From: Octopus sinensis
Lineage: Eukaryota
Direction of reading: 5' to 3'
Length of the DNA: 64,000 nucleotides
Assembly: GCF_006345805.1 (NCBI RefSeq)
Contig: NC_043006.1
Coordinates: 14,694,001 to 14,758,000 of the forward strand
Of this stretch, positions 24,401 to 37,400 are shown piece by piece; position 1 is the stretch's first letter, and the number at the start of each line of letters is the position of its first letter. Both the position numbers and the translations under genes were made by a program. Under the pieces are notes generated by a model. That model was not told where the DNA came from. It did not search any database and saw only the letters and a list, made by a program, of their open reading frames with translations.

Positions 24401-27400
24401 AAAAATAAATATTTATCGAATATTTATTTAGTAATAATCTTGTGAAAACATGGCCAAATGCAAAATGTGTTCCTATACTTGAAATATGCTGCATACTTTT
24501 AGTTTTTGGTAAAACTAACATAAACAGAATTTGTTTTTATTGTGTGGTCAAATGAATGACATTAGGAAGTGCAGTTATTTGTAAAATTTATTCTTTCAGT
24601 AATTTCATGCTAACTCATTCTAGTTTGGATAAATATCAAAGAAGAAAAACAAAAAAACTAAATTTCTAACACTAACCTTTATAAAAGTAAAATATCTAAT
24701 ACTTGGTATTGTGTAATATGGATCATAGCTGAGAATGTTGAGTTTTTCAAAAGTGGAATGCATAAAGAAATGTGTTGCAGATCCATCCAACCCATGCCAA
24801 CATAGCTTAATGAATGTTACAATGATGATCATAAATATAGTTGAAATTTATAGAAAAACAAAAGACGAAGACAGGTGTATGAACAACAAGCAAGTGTATC
24901 AGTTTGACACTTTGGAAAAATGAAAAAGTCTTTTATATTTCGAGCCTATGCTCTTCACCAGAAAGGAATAAAAGAAAATAAACAGAGAGAGAATGAAAAA
25001 AAAAAAACTTGTAGAGTTCAGTGATCCAACATGACAAATGGTCGTAAATACACATGATTATATGTGATGAGAACCTGCAAGTCTTGTATTTATAGTTGAA
25101 CAAGTATTTAGTAAAGATATCTTTTTGTTACATACAGTTGGTTGTTGACTCAATAATAGAACCATCTTTTTCCATTTTCAGTTTGTTCATTCTTAATATA
25201 ATTACTAAATAAGGAATTTTCTTTTGTTTCTCCCTTCCTTTTCTTAGACAAATGTTGATCTTGGTGATGAAGAACGGAAGGATGAAGAAAAGAGTTCCAA
25301 TAAACAAGGTGAAAGGAAAGATTACAATCTGGGTGTGATGAAACATGTCCAGTTGATCTTTGGTCATTTGGCTTGTAGCAAGCTGCAGTATTATGTACCC
25401 AGAGGCTTCTGGAAACACTTCAAGTAAGTAGCAGAGAATTTGAAGTAAATTTTTTTTACTTTACATTTTAAAAAAATGTTATGGCAGAAACGTTAGCATG
25501 CTGGGCGAAATGCTTAGCGGTATTTCATCTGCTGTTACGTTGTGAGTTCAAATTCCGCCGAGGTCGACTTTGCCTTTCATCCTTTTGGGGTCGATAAATT
25601 AAGTACCAGTTACACACTGGGGTCGATGTAATTAACTTAATCCGTTTTTCTGTCCCCTCTGTGTCTAGCCCCTTGTGGGTAGTAAAGAAATAGGTATTTC
25701 ATCTGCTGTTACGTTGTGAGTTCAAATTCCGCCGAGGTCGACTTTGCCTTTCATCCTTTTGGGGTCGATAAATTAAGTACCAGTTACACACTGGGGTCGA
25801 TGTAATTGACTTAATCCGTTTGTCTGTCCCCTCTGTGTCTAGCCCCTTGTGGGTAGTAAAGAAATAGGTATTTCATCTGCTGTTACGTTGTGAGTTCAAA
25901 TTCCGCCGAGGTCGACTTTGCCTTTCATCCTTTTGGGGTCGATAAATTAAGTACCAGTTACACACTGGGGTTGATGTAATCGACTTAATCCCTTTGTCTG
26001 TCCTTGTTTGTCCCCGCTATGTTTAGCCCCTTGTGGGCAATAAAAGAAATAAGAGCCAAACGAATATATTTATGTGGACCATTATCTAGATTACAGAATT
26101 AAAATACTGTATAAGATGCACCAAGTGTAAGCTATGGACACATAAGAGGTGCAGCAATGTCATAGGAAGGCTAACTAGGAAGATGGTTTTTGTATGTGGC
26201 AGATGCTCGGGAGCATTAACCTCTGAAAATCTGCGGAAAACAACTTCCGTCACTTTCCAGGGGGGAAAAACTAGAAGTTGTTGATAGCTTCCGTTATCTT
26301 GGTGACCAAGTCAGTAGTGGGGGTGGGTGTGCTGAAAGTGTAACGGCTAGAGTAAGAATAGCCTGGGCAAAGTTTAGGGAGCTCTTACCTCTGTTGGTGA
26401 CTAAAGGCCTCTCGCTCAGAGTAAAAGGCAGACTGTATGATGCATGTGTACGAACAGCCATGCTACATGGCAGTGAAACATGGGTCGTGACTGCTGAGGA
26501 CATGCGTAAGCTCGCGAGAAATGAAGCTAGTATGCTCCGTTGGATGTGTAATGTCAGTGTTCATAGTCGACAGAGTGTAAGTACCTTGAGAGAAAAGTTG
26601 GACCTAAGAGGAATCAGATGTTGTGTGCAAGAGAGACGATTGCGCTGGTATGGTCATGTGGTGAGAATGGATGAAGATAGGTGTGTGAAAAAGTGCCACA
26701 CCCTGGCAGTTGAGGGGACCTGTGGAAGAGGTAGACCCAGGAAAACCTGGGTCGAGGTGGTGAAGCATGACCTTCGAACTCTAGGTCTCACCAAGGAAAT
26801 GACCAGAGACTGAGACCTATGGAAGTATGCTGTGCGTGAGAAGACCCGGCAAGACCAGTGAGAACAATCAAAATCAAATCATATATCAGAAAGCAGGGGT
26901 TAAGTGACCCATCCGTTCGTGACCGCTGTCAGCCTCGTCTGGCACCCGTGCCGGTGATACGTAAAAGCACCATTCGCTCATGGCCGTTTGCCAGCTCTGC
27001 CTGGCCCCGTGTAGGTGGCACGTAAAAGCACCATCCGTTCGTGTTCATTGCCAGCCTCGCCTGGCCCCGTGCCGGTGACACGTAAAAGCACCGTCCGTTC
27101 GTGGCCGTTTGCCAGCCCTGTCTGGCCCCGTGTCGGTGGCACGTAAAAGCACCATCCGTTCGTGGCCGTTTGCCAGCTCTGTCTGGCCCCGTGTTGGTGG
27201 CACGTAAAAGCACCATCCGTTCGCGTCCGTTGCCAGCCTCGGCTGGCCCCCGTGCCGGTGACACGTAAAAGCACCGTCCGTTCGTGGCCGGTTGCCAGCT
27301 CTGTCTGGCCCCGTGTCGGTGGCACGTAAAAGCACCATCCGTTCGTGTCCGTTGCCAGTATCGCCTGGCCCCGTGCCGGTGACACGTAAAAGCACCATCC

Positions 27401-30400
27401 GTTCGTGGCCGTTCGCCAGCTCTGTCTGGCACCTGTGCAGGTGGCACGTAAAAAACACCCACTACACTCGCGGAGTGGTTGGTGTTAGGAAGGGCATCCA
27501 GCCGTAGAAACACTGCCAGATCTGACTGGGCCTGACGAAGCCTTCCAGCTTCACAGACCCCAGTTGACCCGTCCAACCCATGCTAGCATGGAAAGCGGAC
27601 GCTAAACGATGATGATGATGATGTATAACTAGCTGGCTCCCAAGTATATAACATTTTAAATGTTTTACTTTTAAGTTTTATATATATTATGTGATCACGT
27701 GACTAACCAGACTATCAGATGTTGCTACACATCACTGGTCACAATGCACTTTGCATTGTTGTATCCTTAATTGTCTTCTACTGTCGTCTTGGGCGAACCA
27801 AAGCCTTGTGAGTGGATTTGGTAGACAAAAACTGAAAGAAGTCCATATATATAGCGTTGGTGTGTTTACATCCCTGTAACTTAGTGGTTTGACTAAACAG
27901 ATCGATAGAGTAAGTACCAGGCTTATAAAAAAGTCAAATACTGGAGTTGATTTGTTTGACTAAAATTCTTTAAGGCAGTGCCCAACATGGCCACAGTCTA
28001 ATGACTAAAACAAATAAAAGGTAAAAGATAGACACACACACTCTCTCTCTCTCTCTCTGTTTCTAATTGGTGTTTTGATAGATATTACATTATTGCTTTT
28101 AACAAAGACTATTTCCTCACGTCGGTCCTGTTTCATTATTTATAGAAATTACCTGAAAAGTAAACCTTTTTAAAAAATTAAGTTTAAGTTTTTAAAATTT
28201 TATTGAATATCAATTTATTTCCAATCTTAAACTTTATAATTTCAGGTTATGGGGAGAACCGGTGAACTTGAGAGAACAACATGATGCATTAGAATTCTTC
28301 AACAGTCTTGTAGATAGTTTAGATGAAGCTCTTAAAGAACTTGGTCAGACTATGATTCTCAGTAAAGTTCTGGGAGGGTCATTTGCTGACCAAAAAATTT
28401 GCAAAGATTGTCCACATAGGTAAGTGTTGAATGTTTTCTTTATTTAAAACAGAACTAAATGTAGGTTAAAGCACATTTGATTTTTTTTTTTTTTTTTTGT
28501 AGTTTTTAGAGCATTTTATTAACTGTTTTTATTGCACTGACAGAACTGAGTCCATCATCCAGTTCTGATGGTCAGCAGAAGTGTTTTCATTTCCCTTTAG
28601 TTGTTAATACCTTTTAGAAAAATCATGAGTATTACGGCAGTTCATTTTGTCACACTTAAAAGTATGTGGCTTTGAGTTTTATTGACAGAAACCAATATTG
28701 ACTCTTGGTACCATGTAAAAAAACACTAATGTTGCTGCTATGTAAAATGCCCTGGGGCCACGTAAAAAGCACCCAGTACATTGTAAAGTGGTTGGCGTTA
28801 GGAAGAGCATTCAACTGTAGAAACCATGCCAAAACATATTATGGAACCTGGTGCAGCCCCTGGCTTTACCCTAACCCTGGCTTTGCCAGCACCACTCAAG
28901 CCATCCAACATGTACCCATCATAGAGAAAACATACTAGATGTTAAATGATGATGATATGTTGTATACAGTCCATTGAATTTTAAAATTTCAATGTAACTA
29001 CTTATTTTCTTAACTGTTTACTTTTAAGAAAGTTGTGTGTAAGCATTGTTTTATATGAGATATAGGGCAAGAATTGGATTTTACTTCATGATATGACATA
29101 TATACCAACATTTAATCATAACTTGCTTTTGATATAACTTGTTGCTAAAATTTTCTTTCAAATGTGAATTTTCTTCAGATATCAAAGAGAAGAAACTTTT
29201 ACAACTCTAAATGTAGATATTCGAAATCATCAAAATTTACTTGAATCTTTAGAGCAGTATGTAAAAGGTGATCTTTTAGAAGGGGCAAATGCATATCACT
29301 GTGAAAAATGTAATAAAAAGGTATGTTGGCAATTTCTCAATATATTGTATTTTTTAAAGAAATCTTTTGATTTTCTTTTTTCGGTTTTGGTAAACAAAAT
29401 CTCATTACTTTTGAGTTTTGTCCCTTTCTAATAAGAACGATGTTATCAAGCTTTTAACAGTTTTGTCTCTGAAAATGTTATCATATGCAAATATACACTG
29501 AAATCTCAATCGCATGTTAACTTGATTATAGTAAATACTTCTGACATAATTTTGCATACTTCCTGTAAATATTTGTGGTTAAGAAATTTGTCTCATAGCA
29601 ACACAGTTTAGGGGTTGGTCCTGTTGTGGTACCATATGCAAATGTCTTCTATCATAGATTCAAGCTTACTACTGGTATTGTCCTTCCTACTCTAAGATTT
29701 AAAAAAAAAAAAATATTTGAAGACGAAAAATGCCAACTTCACAGATTTATCATCTTCAGCCTAAGAATCAAGCCCTTTTAACCAAATACTGCATCTCCAT
29801 TGTTGTACATAGTTACATTTTTTTTTTTGTGTGCAATTTCCTAAAATATTCACATTGCACATTCACACTTTTACAACATGGAGGAAACGCTGAATTAGAG
29901 GAGTAAAATTATTGCAAAGAATTATGATAGTTTAGTTTTAGAATATGAATTAAGATTTTCACTAAAGCAAAATTGTTAAAGACTTCACATTGTTGTTCAT
30001 TTTGAAATGAACTCTTTGCCTGTCCAAAGCATTTTCATGTTTGCCCTAAATGTCTGTGCTTGTTTTCAGACTTTTAGTTAGCCATTGTTTATGTTCTGAA
30101 TAATATAAAGCTTTACTTTCATAAGCCCCAAGTTACTTGTTAAAAAAAATGGGAATGTGTATATCATACACAATGCATAAGCACCAGGGAAATATCTCCT
30201 GTGTATCACACTTGATGCATAGGACAGGCAAAGAGTTAAGTTTCAAAAAGGACCTCATTGATGTTACTAAATGATGTAAATTGTTGAATAACCTTGCTTG
30301 AACTTTGAGGTAAAATAACTGATACTATTTCACCTTTTGACCCTTTTGATACCAACCCACCCAAGACTGGCCTTGGTTGTTTAAGAAACTTCTTGTTTTA

Positions 30401-33400
30401 AAGTGATTTAAATTAAAACCTTTCAGCAAAATTTCATGTTAAATTTGTTCCAAACCTCTGTATAATATTGATAGTTATTTTATTAAATACTTAATTATTT
30501 TCAAGGCAGGGAATTTCAACAGAAATATGGTTACTAAAGCGTTAATATACTCTAACCATGTTGCTGGGATTGTATTAACATGTGGTTTTGTATTGGCTTT
30601 TTTCAGGTAGACACTGTTAAAAGGCTCGTGATAAATAAATTGCCAAAAATTTTGGCTATCCAGCTCAAGAGATTTGATTATGACTGGGAACGGTAAGTTC
30701 TAGCCTTTGTGTAATCGTTTTTTTTTTTTAATTTTATTTAGTTGCTTTTTTTTTTTAAAGAAGGAACAACTGTAATGTTTACCCTTTTATTGTTATATAA
30801 TATTTTTATCCTTGCAGAGAATGTGCAATCAAATTCAATGACTACTTTGAGTTTCCACGTGAGTTTGATATGGAACCTTATACTGTACAGGGATTAGCAA
30901 AAATTGAAGGTAAATATTTTTTACTGCACCCACCACTACCACCAGCCTATTTTTCTATCTTTTTATGATTAGGGATGGTTGTCATGAATTAAATTAATTA
31001 TTTGAAGATACTGCTCTTTTAGATAAGTTAAGGACCACTCCTTGCTTGTATGTTGCATTTCTGGATGTTTTCCATGGCTACTTGCCTTTCTTATTGCCAA
31101 CCACTTTATGAGTGTACTGATTGCCTTTTATCAGGGCATCAGCATAAGTGAGGTTACTTTGTCCCCAGCTGGACTAATGAGTCTTTTGTAATCTTTTTAT
31201 CTCTCTTTATTCACCTGTAGCTAAGAGTTGATAGTAATGAAAGAAGACCAGAGTGAGAGAGGGAAATGGGTAATTGAAGAGAATTAATGGGAAGAGTTTA
31301 AGGGTTATAGCGGAGAGGGAGAGAGAGAGAGAGAGAGAAAATCAGTTGTATGAGGCATGTTGATCAAGAGATTCAATAGAAACATGAATGGCAGGAAGGA
31401 AGGAAGGAAAGGAGAAAGTGATAGAAGGGAGTAATGGGAGAGAGGGAAGGTGATGTTTAGGTGAGTATTGGATGGAAAGAGTGACAGTAGGGAAGCATAT
31501 TGATGGGATGGGGTGGGATGAGCAACAGATTTGAGAGTGATATTTAGTGACATTTAATTTGAATATGGTAATTGGAGAGACCCAAATGTAGATATTACCC
31601 ACCCCAATTTCTAACATCATCACCAACATCATCATCATTTTCACGATTGTTTATCTGTGGTTTGTGAATATAAAAATGGCTGAAACCTTTTGTTCCAAAT
31701 TTGTCAAAAGCTAACTTTAACTGAAGTTTAGTTTGTCAAAGCATGTGAACTTGATAATAAAGAGTTAGTTTTGGTCTTTAAATTAAGGTTAGCCCTTGCT
31801 ATATACACACACAGAGGAAAATCAAAATGTGAAGTTAAAGACAATTGTTTTACCATCTTAAAATATTTTTACAGGCATACCTCAACTTATGTCGTTTTGT
31901 GTTAAGTCTTTTTCAACTTGATATCGCTTTTTTGGCACGTAAAAAGCACCATCCGATCGTGGCCGTTGCCAGCCTCGCCTGGCCCCCGTGCCAGTGGCAG
32001 GTAAAAAGCACCATACGTCCGTGGCCATTTGCCAGCTCCGTCAGGCACCTGTGCAGGTGGCACGTAAAAAGCACCCACTACACTCACGGAGTGGTTGGCG
32101 TTAGGAAGGGCATCCAGCCGTAGAAACACTGCCAGATCTGACTGGCCTGGTGCAGCCATCTGGCTTCACAGACCCCAGTTGAACCGTCCAACCCATGCTA
32201 GCATGGAAAGCGGACGCTAAATGATGATGATGAATGGGAAAATGAATCTCACCTTCAGTTGATTTATCCAATGCTGAAGTGGAAAAATCAAATGAAAAAC
32301 ATGTGAAAATATGTATAAATCATTTATTAAAACAAATATAAGCTAATAAATTTTTTTTAAATGTTTTTTTTCATGTTACATCATTTTTTGGGTTAAGTTG
32401 CATCTCTTGGAACTAATAACTGATGTAAGTTGGAGTATGCCTGTATTGGGTGTAGGGAAGGTACTAGGCTGGAGAGAAGGCTGGAGAATATAAATTTGGC
32501 ATTGGAGTAGTTACAAAACATGGTTTATTGAAATTTTCTAGTCTATCCAATTTGTATTAGCAAGGAGAGCGTGGGAGAATTAACACTTTTTTTTTTGTAT
32601 TGTCACTGGTAAGTAAGGTTGCATTTATTTGATAAGACTTTGTTTGAAATTAAATAAAATTTTATTCTATTTCAGGAGAAATTATTGATGCTGACTGTGA
32701 TGATAAAGAGCAAAGTACAAAATACAAGCTAGTTGGGGTTGTGGTCCATAGTGGACAAGCTAGTGGAGGACATTATTACTCTTATATTTTACACAGGTAA
32801 AACAATATTTTCTACTGAGACATTATTTGAACAAATTTTCCATTTACATTCTGATTATCTTTGGTGTGTGTGTGTGTTGTGTGCATATATTTCCTATTAC
32901 TTTGTCATTTATTTAATTACATATAATGCTATTTATCCAACTTAAACTTTGTTCTGAAGCATATGTATATTGAGTTCTAATGCCTGGTTATTGGTATTAC
33001 TATGTCTAACTGAAACATTACTCTCTATCTCTCTATCTCTCTCTCTCTCTCTGTCGCTATATATATACATATATATACATATATAGTGTCCCAAAATTAA
33101 GGCAACCAGCTTTTTACAATTTTTCCAGAGCAAAATGTTGTTATATTTCGGGTCCAGTGGCTGTCACAGATGCCCAAACCATAACTGATTGTGGATTTTG
33201 ACGTTGATTTATCAGTCTACTCTCGATGGAGCAAGACACACTCCAAAGTCAGTCATTCCCGTGATTTACTGTCTGTTCGATATCAAGTTTCTCTCCAGTT
33301 TCATGGTCTTATGAACTTGTGTGAGCTCATGACAGTTGATCATCTTGTAAGGGTGGATCCTGAGATCCTCCTTCAGCACTTGGTATATCGATGTTCGGCT

Positions 33401-36400
33401 TATTTTTGCTTTGAAAGCCAGTTTTCTGATGGAATGATAAGAATTTTACCTTATCTTTTCTCTGATACTTTTGATAAACTGAGGGGTCCACACACTTCTT
33501 TTTTGTTCATGTCCATGTTGATCAGCAGTGGAATCAGTCTCTTAAAATTTCTTGACAATTTTTCAGACTGCTGTTTGGTTAATTTAAAACTTTATTTGCT
33601 TTAGCTGTATTACATTCACTTCCTTTGTGGAAGGCTATGATTGTATTTCGGTCTCTAGCCATTATCTTCCAATCTATAAATCTAAATTTATTTAGTCTGA
33701 AACAAAAACAAGACACACTAAGCTTTTATAATGATGTATATTTTTCATATCCTATCACATTTATTGATAGTTGTCAAAGCCCAAAACTTTGGTTGCCTTA
33801 ATTCCTGGACACCCTGTATATACAAGTATTCTTATAATAGTATAATGTCTCTAATTTATATTATGGCATACTTTCCCATTTGCTGTATTTTTTTCAATGT
33901 GATTGAGATGAAGTTACTATAATCTTCTGTCTTCTTAGTATTGCTCCAGTTGACATCATTGTTCAGGTGTTTCTGTCCATGATGTTTCTTATACAACATT
34001 TGAATGTCCAAAAGAGCAAGTACTGTTTTACTTGGGACCATTGCTTTTATCAGTCGTGTTGGGCCAGGTTTCACTTGCAGAAAAGTAGCAGACCAACATA
34101 TCAAAGCATTGTGAATAAAAACTTCTTAACAATTATGCATGTACTCGAGTTGCTCAGACTACGGGGTAGTTCACAGATTTGCTTCCAGGGAGACCAAATT
34201 TTCGTTGCTGTGGCACCAGAACAACCTGCCTATATACAGCTATTTTCTTCAGCTGTGGTACTTACGGAAGTATATTTTTGATGGAAGTTTTGGGTTTAGT
34301 TTATTCTTTGAACCAGTATGTCATTTGTGGACCGAATATTTGCAGTTTTGACAGCAGACAATTTCTTCAGCCTCTTCTTGTAACAGGCATCACAGAACTA
34401 GTTCTGAGCTTGATGTATGGCACGAAGCTCAGTAGAGGATTTAAATTTTGGTTTTTCATTTCCTCCATTCATTCAGTATCTTTCAAACTTTGTACGAATG
34501 GTTTCAGCTGTTAGAATAAGGGGAACTTTCAGGTTTTTTTTTTTTTTTTATACACTAAACCTATTTTTTGTCTTTAAAGTTTGGATTTCTAGTGCCTTGA
34601 CAAAAGATTTGCTGCAGAAGTTCAAATAAGAAAATTACAATGAGAGGAACATTTAAAAATAAATGCTTTGGTTTATTTTATTCCTTTGGTTTCATCTTAA
34701 TTTTTCATGATTAGACTTAACCCTTCAGCATTTAAACCGGCCATATCCGGCCAAAAGTATTCTACCTGTTTTGTGTTCAAACTGGCCAGATCTGGTCTCT
34801 CACACCAACCCTACAATATCATCTTAAAAATGAACAGCTACCTCATCAAAATCTCATAGCTACAAGATGATGCATGATTAGTTCAAAACAATGTGGATGA
34901 AGAAGCATTAATTTTGGCAGAATAATGCGAACACTAAAGGGTTAAACTCCAATATTTAAGTAGAGATAGAGATGAAATCCACTTTTTATGAGTTGATTAT
35001 ACTCTGATTTTGGTCACACATTTACAATATTGAGGCATATTCCAAAAAGACTTAGATTTTCATTTAGAAAATGTAATTAGTTTAGCTCTGACTTTTTAAT
35101 AGTATTTAAACTGAAACATTAAGACTGACTTTCTGTGATGTTTGCTTTTACCAATATATGTTTCTTTACTACCCACAAGGGGCTAAACATAGAGGGGACA
35201 AACAAGGACAGACAAACGGATTAAGTCGATTACATCGACCCCAGTGCGTAACTGGTACTTAATTTTATTGACCCCTAAAGGATGAAAGGCAAAGTCAACC
35301 TCGGTGGAATTTGAACTCAGAACGTAACGGCAGATGAAATACGGCTCCGCATTTCGCCCGGCGTGCTAACAGTTCTGCCACAGTTCTTTTACTGGTTTAT
35401 GACCATACTGGAGTACTGCCTTCATATGTATAGTTGATCATACCAATCCTGGTACTTATTTTAGTCAGGAATTTATTTTATTAATTCCTAATGGTTGGAT
35501 TGCAAGGTTACTGGACTTAAATGATCATAAAGAGATGTAAAGGAAAAATGAATCACTCTTATACATATTGAGTACTTTTATGTCTGATTAGTCTGCTTAA
35601 TTTCTGGACTCAGGTAACACACACACACACACACACACAAACAATGGAATTCTTTACAGTTTACATTTGCCAAAATCTCCTCGTGATGTATTGGTCAAAA
35701 AGAAGTCACTTGCCCAAGGTACTGTGTTTTGAACCCAGAACCATGTAGTTGCAAAGGAAACATTTTACCTCATAGTCATTTTACCTCATAGTCATACCTT
35801 TGCTTAGGTATAAAATTTTCACAGAAATTATTAAATTCAAAGGCTATTTAATATTTCCTAGTGTCAAATTTGTTGTTTGAAACATTAGAAAATAATTATT
35901 TTCTGTATCTTTTTTGCTTTGTTTTTCTTATGGTTTCTTTGTTTTCTCATCCACAGAGGTGCTGATGATGTTCTTCCGAAATGGTATAAATTTGATGATG
36001 GCGATGTCACCGAATGTAAAATGGATGATGATGAGGTAAAACTTTTATTTTGATATCTTAAATTGCATTTTCACTGCAGTTTTTCATTTTTTTTTCTTTA
36101 TGTCAGTAATAACTGCAGGGATGAATAAATAAGGAAGCTCCACAGGTTTATACAAATATGTTTAGTACTTGAATGAATGATGTGTAGACTATCATCAAAT
36201 AGTTAATTACTGTATGCAACTACACTCTGCAAGAAGAATAGTGTGGGAATACTAATTTAAGTTTTTACCTAATTTTGTGGGAGCAAGTATTTTTATATTT
36301 TCTTGCACTAGCTGTGAAGTGTAAATATCTATATATGTAGATGCATATTGTTAAACAATCTGTATTACATATGCTGAATGGGAAGTAGGTTTTTCATTTT

Positions 36401-36578
36401 AATTATAACCAAGAAAATTTTTACGTTTGATTCTGTTTTTGTAAAGATGTAATATTTTCTAGCTATGTTCTATTACTGCTCTAGATTTGGTTTAAAAAAA
36501 AAAATTCTTTCAATCCACTTTTTTCAAATCGTCCAACCCATGCTAGCAAGGAAAGCAGACGTTAAATGATGATGATGA

Positions 36579-36614
<36 letters not shown>

Positions 36615-36930
36615 ATTTTTGCCACTATTCCTGGAAACATGGTGGTAGAGTTGGCAAGCACCTCCTCCATAGGGTCCTATCAGAAGTAAACATCATTAAA
36701 CTTTCTGATTGGATTCCCAAACATGGCCAACTTGAGACTATGGATATTATCCAGCCATCGTGTTATTGGCCTACCTTTAAGTTCCCTGCTGGTTTGCTCA
36801 GCTTGAAGAATCTGTCATGTAATTCTTTTCTGTGATATTCTAATCACATGTCTGTAGAACAAGAGTTATGACCTCTAAATGTGTAGAAGCAGTGGCTTGC
36901 CCTTGAGAGATTCCCTTCAGTTTCGCACCC

Positions 36931-36978
<48 letters not shown>

Positions 36979-37357
36979 TTATAAGTTGAAGGTGTTTTAG
37001 GAAGTCACTACAATCACAGTTGAAATAAAAGGACTGAAAATTTATTTTCAACTTGCATTGTTGTAGCTTTTTTCAAATTTAAATGTGTGTGTGTTGTGTT
37101 TTATATATGACTCACAAAAAGCACCCAGTTCACTCTCTAAAAGTGGATGGCATTAGGAAAGGCAACCATACATAGAAACTACACCCATGTAGACACTGGA
37201 GCACAATGCAGTCCTCAAACCCACCCAATCCTGCCAGCATGAACTATGGATGTTAAAAGATGATGATGATGATGATATTAGAAGCTGAACTTTCTGGAAT
37301 TATAACTCTGAGTTTCATGTTTCTGGTTGTTAAGATTTTTCTTATAAAGCACACACA

Positions 37358-37400
<43 letters not shown>

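Noticed and set aside
26925-27460. CRISPR-like appearance of the regularly spaced repeats
   Set aside because: Whole units repeat with no unique spacers, there are no cas genes, and the context is a eukaryotic LINE 3'UTR
26929-27576. 215-aa and related repetitive minus-strand ORFs (also at 9810, 31902, 56581)
   Set aside because: Translations of a non-coding tandem array, open in several frames at once
33920-34630. Cluster of overlapping ORFs
   Set aside because: No recognisable domain or splice-consistent role; the USP9X frame joins 32796 to 35957 without it
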